Origin: Basidiobolus meristosporus CBS 931.73
Taxonomy: Eukaryota > Fungi > Basidiobolomycota
DNA length: 64,000 bases
Direction of reading: 5' to 3'
NCBI GenBank assembly: GCA_002104905.1
Contig: MCFE01000346.1
Coordinates: 25,852 to 89,851 of the forward strand
Shown: positions 10,528-22,844 of the stretch, piece by piece
How positions within the stretch are numbered: position 1 is the stretch's first letter
Layout: each line of letters opens with the position of its first letter
The notes under the pieces: generated by a model
Databases searched by the model: none
What the model was told of the DNA's origin: nothing
Seen by the model: only the letters and a program-made list of their open reading frames with translations
Translations under genes and position numbers: made by a program

Positions 10528-12544
10528 TTACGCGTTTGTAATCAAGTTCCTTCCATGGCGCAGTGTTTCCCACCATATCTTGAGTGCACCAGTCAAGTGC
10601 AACCACGTCTCGTACATCCCTAGTGGGACATCCATTCTGAGGAAGCGCATGTAGCACTTACACCAGCGCCAGATGGACCCCAGACCACTCACATTTGCAT
10701 TGGCCTCCTGGCATTCTTCTCGGATAGCGTTTGCACAGTAGCGCCCCATGATCACGTAAGTTAGCCGTTCGCTGTGAGTAGTTTGGAGTGCCTCGTCGAC
10801 CGATCTCAGCAGATCGTTTGTTTTAATGAGTAGTAGTACTATCCTGGGGATCTTCGCCAAGAGTCCGACGATCTCGCCAAGCAGATGATCCATCACAGTC
10901 TGTTGGATTCTCAACATCTCCTCCTTTGTGCGCTTTTGCGAAAGATCTTCGCTTACGATATTCCACTCGCGCCCGGTTAGTACGCTGGAAAAGAGTTTGT
11001 ATGCGTTCGTGCCGCCGACTCGGTTACTGTAGAGCCGGATGACCTCTTCGTCTCGGGAGATTAGTCCGTTCCAAAGATGTGCGTAGTCTAGTCGAAATTC
11101 TTTGCTCAGGGACCGGTAAAGCCCGTGGTCGAGGAGCACGATCTCGAAGTTCCTGTGGGATCTGGAGCCCTCCGGCTTGGTCCGTATGAATATATTCCCA
11201 GGGTCTGAAGGTAGAAGAGTTAATCTTAGAGAAAACTTGAGTCCACCGCACTATGGACATGAAGAGGTTACTTACGTGGATCACAGTGCACCCAGCTGAT
11301 GGAAATATCCAAGAATGGCTCGGTTAGATTGGATGGATTGACTTCAAAACACTGGTGATTTCTTACCCTTGAATGAAGATCATCTCGGAGAAGATTCTTG
11401 TCAGCTCAGTGGAGACGTCGTTAGGGTTGATATTATGCAGCTTCATGAAGGCAAGGTCGTCGATTCGCGTTCCGTCGATGACTGGGAGAGCCAAGTTAAA
11501 CAGGTTGTGCGCAATTTACAAAGGGGGGGAGACTTACATTCCATGCACAGAATTCTACGTTGTGCCCAATACACCTCCGGAATTTTCAAGGTGGTGTTGC
11601 GAATGGTCGAGAAGTTTTGTTCGACCTTTCTGGCGTTGTCCATCTCGAACATGAAGTTCAACTCTTTTGGTAAGCTCTCGGACATTTCATCCGCTAACCA
11701 CGAGAACTCGAACTCGGGTATGGCCCATTTGACCACTTTCGTGACGAACGTCACAGTGGCGATATCTATCTTCGAGTAGTCATCAAGATACGGATGCTGA
11801 ACCTTAACGGCAACCTCTTGTCCAGTTTCGCGCAAGGTGGCTCGGTGAACTTGGGCAAGAGAGGCTACGCCGAGAGGGATGGGATTAAACTCAGAGAAGA
11901 GCTCGTTGATTGAATGGCCAGTATCATTTTTGAACAGCTCGTCGATGTCCTCCATGGAAGTGACCGGACAGCGATCCTGAAGTGGCGCCATAGTCTCGGT
12001 CCATTCATCTGGCAGTATGTAAGACATGGCGGAGATATGTTGGCCCTACAAAGGGTTGAGCTGGTAAGCGAAAGGGTGCTCGGGGGGAGCTGAGGAAATA
12101 AGTGTTTACCAGTTTGATGTATATCCCTGCGTTCTTCTTCAACACCTCGAGAATTTTTTCCGCTGATCTTTTGTGAACCTGAGATTTCAGTTGCTTGTGT
12201 CTAACCTCCTCATCTGGAGTGACTGGCTCGTGTCTTAATGTCCATTTGTAATCCACAATCACCACTGCTCCGACCCAGCCTGAGCGAGCGCATCTTACTA
12301 GGCCGTCAGTGAAGTAACGAAAGGGATCATATGTATGATAAGCCACACCGCCAGCCGCGGCAATTGTAGTGTACTTCAAAGCGGTCTTGCCTACATTAGA
12401 CCAAGCGGAAGCTACAGGCTTGATTGTTGTTGTTGAGGTCAGCTTTCGGCGTAGAAGGAGAGGAGGGAGGCGACTCGGTGTCTTTGGTAAGAAGTCACAT
12501 TTCGCCCCTAGTCCCCGTACGGTGAACAACTTTCTAGAGGTCAT
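10528..12544 (-). CDS. ADCK1: ABC1/UbiB atypical kinase, ADCK1/Mcp2 subfamily (mitochondrial)
   Basis: Five exons; motifs GIYIKLGQHIS, LQDRCP, PLGVASLAQVHRA, VAVKVQHP, ELNFMFE, HCDPHPGNI, LLDHGLY; basic N-terminal presequence-like region. Confidence 0.92.
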
Positions 12545-13391
12545 TTCTTTCTTCCACGGTCAAAGCGAGGAGCGGGCTTGACTCCCGGTGGATAAAAAAT
12601 TTATTTATCATACCATTCTTTCCTCCACCGAATCCCGCAGTAGGTGATCGAGCAAGCGGTGATGGCCCTGATTTCTCCATTCAGTCAATGCTAATCAAGT
12701 CACAGGTGGGGTGAGGAACATAGACGGGGGCGTTGGTTGGTCCAGGTAAATATGTACTTGGGACAATACTCGTTCCGATATATTATAGGAATGAGATGAT
12801 TTGAAGGATCAGGAGGGCAGATGGTTTCGGAAAAATTAGGCCTATCCTGAAGAAGCTCCAGCACTATGACCCAACCTCGATCAATAATGCCATTTCGATG
12901 GGATTGCTGGAATGTGACAAGCTGGGGTTTGGATGTAGCTGATGGTTGGAGGGAAATAAAATGCTGAGTGGCGTAACTATGCCGGCATGTCCGTTGGGGT
13001 ACTGTTCATCGCTCATTAGGTGCAGTAGCAATGTTCTGATGTACAGCCGCCTCCTGCACTCTTGAAAGACTAGCAATTTATATCTCGCATTTGAATGCAG
13101 AAATGAATGGTGTGCTGAAGGATGTGTCTTGTTAATAATATTACCATATCTACAAAGCGCTTCAGAGTGAGTCTCGAAGAGTAACCCCAAGTAGCGCGCC
13201 TGATCCGTCTGAGGAACGGATCTTTTGGACCATGTATCTAATATTCCACTTGCTTTCTAAGAAATCCCAACCCGAATTTGACAGCAGCAAGTATTCCATA
13301 ATTGGTTGAATGTGTAGGCACGTCCTTGGCGGGGCTTTGAATAGACTAATGAGGAGTGCTCTCCTTCGCTGCTGTGCATACCTTCTTCGAG

Positions 13392-13398
13392 TATAAAG
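13392..13398 (+). promoter_or_regulatory. TATA box upstream of small peptide gene 1
   Basis: TATAAAG 88 nt upstream of ATG 13480, followed by a pyrimidine-rich leader. Confidence 0.6.
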
Positions 13399-13479
13399 CT
13401 CTGACTTTTGTGCCCGGAAACTCGCACTCCCTTCCTTATCTAAGATTCTTATTGCCTCCCTCTAATCACTCCTAAAGCC

Positions 13480-13614
13480 ATGAATACTCAGGACATCCGT
13501 CTCCTCCTTGCAACTCTGGCTGTTCTGGCTTTCACATCCTATGCAGCAGGATACTCTTTACCAATCAGCGAATTAGAAAGCACATGTTGTGATAAAGGGA
13601 AGCCCTTCGGCTGA
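13480..13614 (+). CDS. Small secreted peptide precursor, CCD family member 1 (44 aa)
   Basis: MNTQDIRLLLATLAVLAFTSYAAGYSLPISELESTCCDKGKPFG*: signal peptide, acidic pro-like segment, CCD core; TATA box upstream; clear similarity to 54402-54524. Confidence 0.7.
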   Translation: MNTQDIRLLLATLAVLAFTSYAAGYSLPISELESTCCDKGKPFG

Positions 13615-13891
13615 TATGGATCGCCACTTTACTCATGATACCCGCACCGCATATCGAGGGCCAGTTTGAACATTTTGTGTTAGGTGATTATTAGAAATTC
13701 AAATAAATGGCGCGCTATCCCATATGACTACTTTCACCTGTCGGCGCGCTTGGAGGAATAGAAGCAACATTTATTGATTCTAACGAAATATATTGTACAT
13801 CCACGGATCTTCCAACCCAGTGGTGGAACCTACTATTATAAATGGGGCCCTGGTCAAACATTATCGGCTGGTAAAATAGCTATAATACAAA

Positions 13892-14959
13892 TTAATTCGG
13901 GCTCACACTGTTCTCGTTGAAGACCAAGGCCGGCACTCGGGCCTCTGCCCTACTCGGTTGAGAGGACGTGATTTTTTCTAGCAATGAAGATGATGGGACT
14001 GAGACAGTTGATGAGGTTGAGGTTCCTGAGTAAGTAGGGTAGCAACGCGAGTGACCTTCGTATTGCACCGACTCACGACACCCTTCTATCGTTTGTCTGT
14101 AGGAACGAGCAGGCTGCTCAGACGGCGGGCGAGGTCCAGTTCGCTCGCTCCTGCCCAGCTCAGGACAGAGTGGCAGCCGTGCCATGTGGTGACTGGGATA
14201 CGGATACTTGGTATTTTTACACCTATAGCTGTTCGCAGCAAAAATAGGCTCGGGTCGATAGAGCGGCATCTCCGAAATATGCAATGAGTGGGATAGGATT
14301 CTTTCAAAGATAGCGGTGGAAAACTCCACCAAGGAAAAACAGCTATTCCCCATCTCGGTATCAGACGGGACAAATCGCTGCTGTTGAAGAAGGATTCTTC
14401 GAGCTTGGAATCGTTGGCGGATATGGTTGATAGCCATCCGTGTACGATGGTCGTATTCGGATGGAGATAGTTGTGGAGGTATTGTGTTGGAAGCGGGCTC
14501 ACGATGCATACTTGCAAAATGGAACAGAAAATGCTTGAAGTAGCGCTCATTCCATCGAAGTCGGATTCCTGTGCTTTTAACCAGCTGGACCGTTGCTAGC
14601 GTGCTCCAAGAGGTTGTGAGCTGCTTGATGAATTGGGCAACCTTACTTGAACGCTCGCCTATGACCAGCGTTACCACCAACTCTATCGTCTGCTTGATGT
14701 CCCATTCACCCACCACTTCGGCAATAAGGCTGGCGAACCTCGGACAGTCGATTCCCCAGTGATAGAACAATTTCACCAACAACTCGGCAGTCCTCTGAAC
14801 TGACCATTCGTTCACTAGCCACTTGATGGCTCTAAATACAGATTTGAGGTTGGTTTCTTCGTAATCAGCGATGATCCTGCGCATATAGTATGCTATATAA
14901 TCGACGTTGTTTTCATTGTGAATCCAGTTGTAGAACTGAGTGTTATAAGTGTAGTCCAT
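13892..14959 (-). CDS. Uncharacterised protein with Trp-spaced degenerate helical repeats and a disordered C-terminus
   Basis: Long ORF starting MDYTYNTQFYNWI; amphipathic helical segments with periodic W (EWSVQRTAELL, EWDIKQTIELV, SWSTLATVQLV). Confidence 0.7.
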   Translation of the reverse strand: MDYTYNTQFYNWIHNENNVDYIAYYMRRIIADYEETNLKSVFRAIKWLVNEWSVQRTAELLVKLFYHWGIDCPRFASLIAEVVGEWDIKQTIELVVTLVIGERSSKVAQFIKQLTTSWSTLATVQLVKSTGIRLRWNERYFKHFLFHFASMHREPASNTIPPQLSPSEYDHRTRMAINHIRQRFQARRILLQQQRFVPSDTEMGNSCFSLVEFSTAIFERILSHSLHISEMPLYRPEPIFAANSYRCKNTKYPYPSHHMARLPLCPELGRSERTGPRPPSEQPARSYRQTIEGCRESVQYEGHSRCYPTYSGTSTSSTVSVPSSSLLEKITSSQPSRAEARVPALVFNENSVSPN

Positions 14960-15391
14960 GGCTAAAGAAAACCCAAAAGTAAAGGATGAGAAATGGGGCC
15001 CTGGAGGCATCAATAGAAAAAAATAGTTACATACAGCGCATAGCGGCATCGACCTCTTCCAACAGGCTGGCATCGGTCAACTTGGAATCTGAAGCAGTGG
15101 TCGTTGTAGTGAGTGCTTGGTCGAAGGACAGGTCAAATGGTGTACATACCGCTTTCAGAGCCAAATATATGCTTCATTATTTTCTAGTGAAAGTCAGGCT
15201 ACGGATATCTGAGTAAAGTCAAGACGACACTTATCCACCCTTGTCTTGAGCAAAAGCAATATGGCGGAGAGCAGCCATCATGGGGAGTTATAAGGACGAG
15301 GGAATCCAAAAAAGGGAATCTAGCCCTTAATTGGATTGTTGGTTAGGTGGGCTGGGAAAGGAGAGAATAGGAATGTGCCTACGCAAATCTG

Positions 15392-15452
15392 ATATGAAAT
15401 TATTCAAACAAATATCAAAATGGAAATCGAATATGAAATTATTCAAACAAAT
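15392..15452. repeat. 22-bp perfect direct repeat, period 39
   Basis: atatgaaattattcaaacaaat at 15392-15413 and 15431-15452. Confidence 0.85.
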
Positions 15453-16216
15453 GAACACAATTCAACCTATTCACCACATTCAGCGGCCCACTCTATTCTT
15501 CCATATCTCGTAATAGACGATAGTTTGGAGATGTATGAGTAACATGAGTGGCCAGAGCGAGTGGGCCGATTAGCATCTATATTGAACCATAATTAATAAA
15601 TCAGCCATAATGAGCACATTTCATATCACAATCGAGATTTTCATATCATGTTGGGGCTCAAGCGCCACCCACCTTGGCGTGGCCATTTGTTTGGGCTCAG
15701 CTCCACGCTAGGCATACCCAGCGCTAGCCCACAGTCTGTGCGATCTCCATCCGCATTGCCCTGCACCTCTCTATCCTCCTCAAGGAAATCAAGACATCTG
15801 TGCCATTCGGTTTACACAAGGCTTCCCAACTAATTGAGACAGATGTGCAATCTGATCAAAAGCCTGCTTGCCTCATGGGAAAGAGGCCAGTGCCCAATCA
15901 AGAAGGCAGCATTCTCCCCAAGATCGACCGCATGGCTGAGCACAAAGCGCACATGGCCCCCAGCTTTCGAGAAATATGCGCAACTGAAGATGGGTAATTC
16001 TTCCTGACACCTTTTGCCCTTAAGGGGTGAAGATTAGTCATTTTTACTGGCGCTGCATGTACTTCTAAATTCAACGCATGATTTCGTATACCTTTTTGGT
16101 TCCGGTTATTCCATATGTCCGCAGTGCAATCGATCAAATCCACCCATAAAACTTTCGCTTGAAGACTTATCGCAGTACCTTGGTAAATTTGTATATTCTA
16201 TTATCGATCGATTCTC

Positions 16217-17258
16217 ATGTCAGCCACTTCCCCACCACCTCCCTCCGAGGTCAACGAAGCCAGTCCACTGCTTGCAAAGACCACAGAGCCTAATGTGCGC
16301 CACGTTTTGTTGGGACTCATTCTGGTCGCCACCTCTTCGTTGGCTTTCTCTACCATGTCTTTGTTTGTTAAGCTGGTGGGCTTCAACTTTCCCCCCATGG
16401 AGATTGTTTTCATTAGAAGTATCCTTCAGTTCGGTCTTGCCATAATCTCCTGTTGGTACATGGGTGTGTTTCCTTGGGGTGAGCCCAGTTTGAGGAAAGG
16501 GCTCGTAGTTCGTGGATTCGCCGGCTCCGTAGGTCTTGCACTTTTCTACTATTCTCTGACGAAGCTGCCGCTATCCGATGCAACAGGTAAGCTTTATGCA
16601 TAGTGGATGTTAACGTACTCGTGCTTACTCCACCATCCTAGTGCTGTTTTTTGTGAGCCCCATTTTCACCGCCATCCTTGCTCGCCTATTCCTTAAGGAA
16701 TCGTACTCACTTTTCGACCAAGCAGCATCGGTCGTTTCCTTCACCGGGGTGATATTCGTTGCCCAACCGGAATTTCTTTTCGGAGCCAGAAAATCCAATC
16801 CTTCTGACATCGACTCCACCTCGCGCATCATCGCCTGTGTGGCCTGCGTATGTGGTAGTGTTGCTTCCTCAATAGCATTTGTTACCATCCGTCAGTTAGG
16901 TTTAGGGGTTCATTACATGGTTCATGTCGTGTATTTTGGCGGGATTTCCTCGATTTTCTCATTGATCGTCTCGTTGATCTTTGAGCCCGTGAAGATCCCT
17001 AGCACCCTGTACGATTGGGTGGGTCTGTCAGTGATCAGCGTCTCCGCGTTTGTTGGTCAAGGTCTTCTCAACTACGGCCTTCAGCTTGCCCCGTCAGGGC
17101 CTGCGACATTGATGCGGAACTTTGATATCGTGTTTGCGTTCATCTTTGGAATCACTATCTTCAAGGAGATTCCAGCAATGAACTCCCTCCTGGGAACTGG
17201 ATTGATTCTGTGTAGCACGATTGGCATGGGAATCAAGAAATGGGCTGGCCGTAGATAG
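16217..17258 (+). CDS. EamA/DMT family transporter (SLC35G-like)
   Basis: Exons 16217-16586 and 16642-17258; ~10 TM segments in two EamA repeats; motifs EIVFIRS, LVVRGFAGSVG, LPLSDATVLFFVSPIFT, GLQLAPSGPATLMRNFDIVFA. Confidence 0.9.
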
Positions 17259-17674
17259 ATTCCGTGTGTAGTCCTACTCTCCGTGTGTTGCCAGCCATCG
17301 AGTACAATAAATAGGGATTTGTTAGACTTGCACATGTGCATTTCATTTGCCATTTGATCATGATGCACTGCGATATTCAACGAGCGCAAGTCATATAAGC
17401 CATTCCAAAAGCATAAGTTAGCAGAGAAACCAATGTGAGAAATACAAACTCCATGATTGTGTGTTCTAGAACGTTTCATGGGACTGCTGTCCGTCTAAAT
17501 TCATTAGCGGCTGAGGCATCACTGGTGATGTGACAGTATTCAATTGATATGCAATAATATTTGTCTACTAGCTAACTCTTAATTACTACTCGACTAGCTA
17601 TTACCAACCACATACGTAGATTGAATCCTTTTGGACACCTCGGAAGAATCTCCATCTTCACCTCAGCATACAGT

Positions 17675-18806
17675 ATGACTGAGAATACGCCATCCCCAGT
17701 TGCGTCCGAGGTGAGAGAGGATCCGACAACCTAAGTTACTAAAACTCTGGAAGCCATCCGTCTAGCAACTGAAGAAGTCGGGTGCAAGGTATTTGTGGGC
17801 AATCTTTCTTTTCAGACCACCGAGGAAGGGCTCAAAAGTTTCTTTGCTGTTGCGGGTAAAGTGTTGGTATATCTCTGGGGTTCTGTCAGGATAAAATACT
17901 CTTCTTTACTAAACTCTCCCTTCCCTATAGCCTGAAGACAAGCGTTATTACCCGTGGTACACGTTCTCTGGGATATGGTTTCGGCTTCTATGAGAGCGAG
18001 AAAGAAGCTGAGGAGGCTGTCAAGCAACTGGGCAAGAAGGAGTTGGGTGATAGAGTGATAAACGTTGAGGTGGCTAAGCCTTAGGAGATTCATAGTATCC
18101 AAGCCCAAGCTCAATCACAGCGCGAACGTGGAAGAGGTGGTCGCGGTCGTGGTCGTGGCAATCTGGTACGTGTTCAACAGGAATGGCGGTTTCGGATAGA
18201 GCTGGTTTTCATCGAACTTGCTTGGTACAGGAGAATCGTTGTAGGTTCTCTAATCAAGAGCATAACAATGGTGAGAGTGAGCTAGGGAACCAAGCGCTAA
18301 CTTACCTAGGCGAGGAAGTATCTCAAGCTAACACCGAGGTACTTGACTACAATCAGACTACCAATGACTCGTACCATGACCGATATCGTGGAAGAGGGCG
18401 TAGACGTGGATCAACGAGAGGTCGCAGATTTGGAAGTGATCGCGGAGGATTAGCTTCACAGCCCCACCTGAGAAAACCATCAAAGACTACGGTGTTCGTT
18501 AGCAATTTAACATATTCATATGGTAATGTAGAGCTTCAGAACCTTTTCCAAGGATACAAAATCGTGTCATCTCATGTTGCGTACATGAAATCCGACCGCT
18601 CCGAGGGCTTCGGGTTAGTTGAATTCGCTGATGAAGCTGAGCAACAGTGTGCCCTTGCCAACAATGCCAACATGCACATAGATGAGCACGATATTTCGGT
18701 GAAAGTAGCACGAAGCGAGACACATTCAGAAAGCACCAATAATGATGAAGATAACCAACTACATCTTGAATCTTCTAATCTTGCTCCACCATCCTCTAGC
18801 GAATAA
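17675..18806 (+). pseudogene. RRM-RGG-RRM RNA-binding protein (Sbp1-like) with two in-frame nonsense codons
   Basis: RNP2 KVFVGNLSF, RNP1 RSLGYGFG, RGRGGRGRGRG, second RRM TTVFVSNL..RSEGFGLVEF; introns retained; in-frame TAA 17732-17734 and TAG 18082-18084. Confidence 0.75.
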
Positions 18807-19158
18807 ACCTAAAATTTTGGACCACTCAAACCGACAGGCAAGTAAATAATCAAGACACCCTTTTCCTCTGGGACTTGTACAGATTCATATATCAACCCTT
18901 GCTGCTTCCACTTCCTTCATCAACCACAATCATGATCAATTCTGAAGAAGTTTATTTATTGTTGTTATTGCCCTTGAAAGATCCTCACCAAATACACGTT
19001 TCTGGAAAGGCTTGCAAATTAGACATTATGTACAGGTGGAAATTGGCTCAGAGGGACTTGCTCCACACATAAATGCAGTAGACTTGCCCAGAACAATCAA
19101 AGAGCGTTGGCTTCGTTGGAACCTGGAATATCATGGTAGCTGCGTTAAACCCAGTCAA

Positions 19159-19743
19159 TTAGATAGGGGTATACAAAGATAGTTTACTTGCAACTAGTTC
19201 CAGCGTTTTGGTCACATCACGCATATCTTGCTCAATAACCTCGGCCCAGTTCTGAACATCCCCCAGTTCCTGTAATGAATAGAAAACGACATGTAAGCAT
19301 CCAACAGAAAGTCAACTGGAAAGTCGGTATAGGGTACCTTGAGTGCGCTGTTAAATTGATCAATGAGCTGAAGCCAATTCTTGGCTTGCTTAGAATATTT
19401 GTGAGCCTGTAAGCTGATCTTCTTCGCAGATTGCTCAAGCTCCTTTTGATTGGTGTATACTTGTGCTACCCTAGATTCCAAGTATTGTCAGCGGGACAAG
19501 CCATCACTTTGACACACAGAAATAGGGTGAACATGAAGTTGGAGACAGGTACCGTTCGTTCAAATTGTCCGACAAACAATCAGTTAAATCATTTAAAGAC
19601 TTGACTGCCTCTCGTCGAAGTTTCTCTATCAAAAACAAGCTCAGTTACCCTGCAACTGAAGACAGGTTTTTCAAGCTGTTACCATTATCTTTACGTAAAG
19701 CTGCCTGCTTAGCATTGTGCTCCTTCAAAGCTTTCGCCAACAT
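19159..19743 (-). CDS. BLOC1S1: BLOC-1 subunit 1 (GCN5L1)
   Basis: Spliced product MLAKALKEHNAKQAALRKDNEKLRREAV..LNERVAQVYTNQKELE..WLQLIDQFNSALKELGDVQNWAEVIEQDM; the 3' end is uncertain (a further exon is possible). Confidence 0.87.
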
Positions 19744-20090
19744 GTTAACGTGGTCAAGTATGTTCAGCAGACACTCATGACATTCAACTCACCATCATCC
19801 CAAGATCACGTGGGATAACCATTTATTTGTCAATTCGCAGATCTAGTCGTGATGAAGCATGAGCAACTGCATATTCCTAGGCGATCTACAATTACATGTA
19901 AAAGCCATAGAAAAAGTAGCCAGCATAACCATCAAAAGTAAAAGATATCACGGATCCTAAGTGAGCCAGCCCACCATATGTCCCACCAGCGAATATGTAA
20001 ATGAGAAAAGATACGGAAGGTGCTCAATTGGCAATGCAAAAGAATAGAGTAAAACACTATCTACAAGTATAGTAAGAGAATCGAGAGTTG

Positions 20091-21566
20091 CTAGAATCTC
20101 ATAGAATGGGACTTCGTCGGCATGCTTCCATTAACAGCTTGAATATTATGGGATGTACCTCCTACGCCAACGTTGGTAGGGACCCCGTGCATTGGCTGAC
20201 CTTGAATATGTGGGGGCACGCCCATCTGGTTGATACCGGGCGGAGGGCCAGGAATTACCTGCGGCATGCCTAGCATATTCATAGGGACATTCATCGGCGG
20301 CATTCCTAGATGCGTTGGCGCAGCCATAGGTGGGCCAGTCATCACGGGCACCAACCCTTCGATGCCCATAGCACCGTTGGCTTGGGCTATGGGGCAGTCT
20401 TTGTGCGCCAACAACAAGGTCTTCAAGTTGATGATCTCTTCCCTGAGGCCGGTTGCTTGATTTTGGAGGGTCTCGTTTTCCTGTGACAAATACTCCACCT
20501 GCGCCTGTAGGTTATTGAGCCATTGCTTCTTGCGTTGACGACATTTCGAAGCAGCTAAAGATTGGGACGAGCATAAGTATTATTCCTGCCGAGGGTAACA
20601 CTTCCAATCACCCTACCTTGGCGATTCCTCTCCAAAAAACTTTTTCTCTTCTCATCCGGACTCTCCGCTTTAGGTTTTTTGTCGGGTTTCTTGTCACTAC
20701 CTAAATCATCATCTTCGGAACCCCCGTCTCCCTCCCCCGAACCGGTACTGAGAATACTTCTTCTTCGGTTTATTCGCGCCTTGTTTCCGTCTTCGTGCGA
20801 TTCAGATTCATTCACGCCCCCATTTCCACGAGTAGGTTTTGAGTGGAATTGGCTTCCTTTTTCGGGATTATTCTGACGTTGGTTGACTGGCTCTGTAGAT
20901 CCCACGTAAGAATTCATCGGTCCTTGGTTTTTAACCACTTCATATACACCAGTACCAGTGCCACCTTTCTTATCGGAGGCTGTCACGCCAACATTCGATG
21001 AATTTAATTGCAAACTTGTAGTTTCAGGTAAATTTCTCAAGAAGTTTGGCGTAGCATGTGCAGCAGCCCCAAGTAAGGCTGTTGTCATCGGTGAAGGTTG
21101 CGCGCTATACGCGCTAAAGCCGTGACGGTTACTAGAAACGGCTGAGCCCTGAGGCCCTAACAGCATAGATGGTGAAAGTGGCCCTGAACGTAATGATTGA
21201 GCACCCCAACTACGCATGTCCGCGGGGGCCTGTGGTGTGTCTATATTGGCTATTGGGGGAAGAATACTTTTTGAAGCAACAGCGCTAGTCGTAGGGCCTT
21301 CTGCTCCAGAGACAGAACTAAAACTCTGCTCAAAAGGATTTGGCTCCTGGTCCAGCTTTGAGGGGGGGTTCAGAAATTCATCGGGTCCAGTCCGATTCAT
21401 ATCTGTATGTGAGAGAGTTGGTCCGTTGGTGGTTATAACGTTTGGGTTAGTCCTTTTAAAAGGATTGGTTGAAACATCTACATATACAGAAACGTTAGAA
21501 CCAATTCATTGGAGCCGTGTGGAGACCTCTAAAGCAGCCTTTAGTACCTTTTTCAACTTGTGACAT
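20091..21566 (-). CDS. ATF1: ATF/CREB bZIP transcription factor (Atf1/Aft1 type)
   Basis: KLDQEPNPFEQSF (OSA), LRSGPLSPSML (HRA-like), bZIP EKRKSFLERNRQAASKCRQRKKQWL..L..LREEIINLKTLLLAHKDC; three exons. Confidence 0.9.
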
Positions 21567-22002
21567 TTTCGGAAAGTGATTTCGAAGTGTGGCTATTCTC
21601 AAAGAAGTATCAAATATAAACTAACTTGTTAGGATGTAGTTTGGTCATGCCTGATATTCGAAATAAAATGGATCGAGTTAATGGTCGGGTATATGTGGCT
21701 GATGAGTAATTAGCCGAAACGAGGTCCATTTCCATACCACACAGTGAATGCAACTCAAATTTCGCAAATTAGTTATGACCAGTATATATTCAAGGAAGGG
21801 AAATGAAGCGGTGTGAACAAAAGCACAGGGCGCTGAATATGATAGTGCGTAAAAAAGTATTGTTAGAGAACAAAATAGGGATTTGCAATAAAGCAGTATA
21901 CCAATAGCACAAACTCAACTTTTGGTAATTCTTAAAGATCAAATATCGGGTTATAGCTGAACTCAGGCCTAAATTGGTAATGGACAGATTGGAGATATGA
22001 AA

Positions 22003-22010
22003 ATGACGTC
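22003..22010. promoter_or_regulatory. ATGACGT (M26/CRE-like) site in the ATF1-CIA1 divergent promoter
   Basis: aaATGACGTCta at 22001-22012. Confidence 0.4.
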
Positions 22011-22388
22011 TACTTGCCAGTATTTTAATATACTCTCTGCACCATAATTGTAAGTGAGGGGTTCATAGGCAAGAGTGCTGAGGAATACTTAAAATAAACA
22101 CAAAATCTCGATTGAATTTCCATTCATTATTCACGAGAACTATGTGACATCTCAGCTCCCATAGCATGATGAAACCAATCATAGGTAGTATGATGTAATG
22201 GAATAGGGACTTTGGTATTGTTGATTGGATGTGCCTCCAAACAGTCCGGTAATATTGAGAAGAAGCAGAGAAGCCCACCAAGCGAGAGCATCTACTAGTA
22301 CTTCACCAGTTCATTCTAAATCCCGTAAACACGATAATCATGAAACATGATTTTCATCTGTATAACGTGATACAGAATCCATCCACAC

Positions 22389-22397
22389 ATGACGTCA
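22389..22397. promoter_or_regulatory. Perfect palindromic CRE TGACGTCA in the ATF1-CIA1 divergent promoter
   Basis: ATGACGTCAG at 22389-22398. Confidence 0.5.
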
Positions 22398-22844
22398 GTA
22401 TTTTCAGGTGGTTCTAGAAATCTAGATTAAGTCATTCCAGTATAGAGTGTTACATTGGGAAGAATCGATGATTAACTTCATCGATCGATCATCATTTCTC
22501 AGAAGGTAAGAACTAGAGTTAGAATTGAATTAGACTATTTATTAGAAAAACCGAAGTTCCTTATCTGATGATCAGATTTCTTAATCAAGCATTTACACTT
22601 ATTACTAAGTAGTGGCAATGTTGGTTGGTTTTTGTTAATCTGATAATCGTTATACAGATCAGTTCAAAAGCTCCTATAGTCGTTATCTGATGCCATTGTA
22701 GATGTAAAAAAATTCGAGAAGGAGCAACTTGGGGAACTGATTGAACGCGATTTAATTGTACTTCTAGGGAGTTTACTTGTACTTGCTTGACACTTGTTGT
22801 TTTCGAAGTTTACATCAACCTAACTTAATTTCTCTGAGGAAAGC

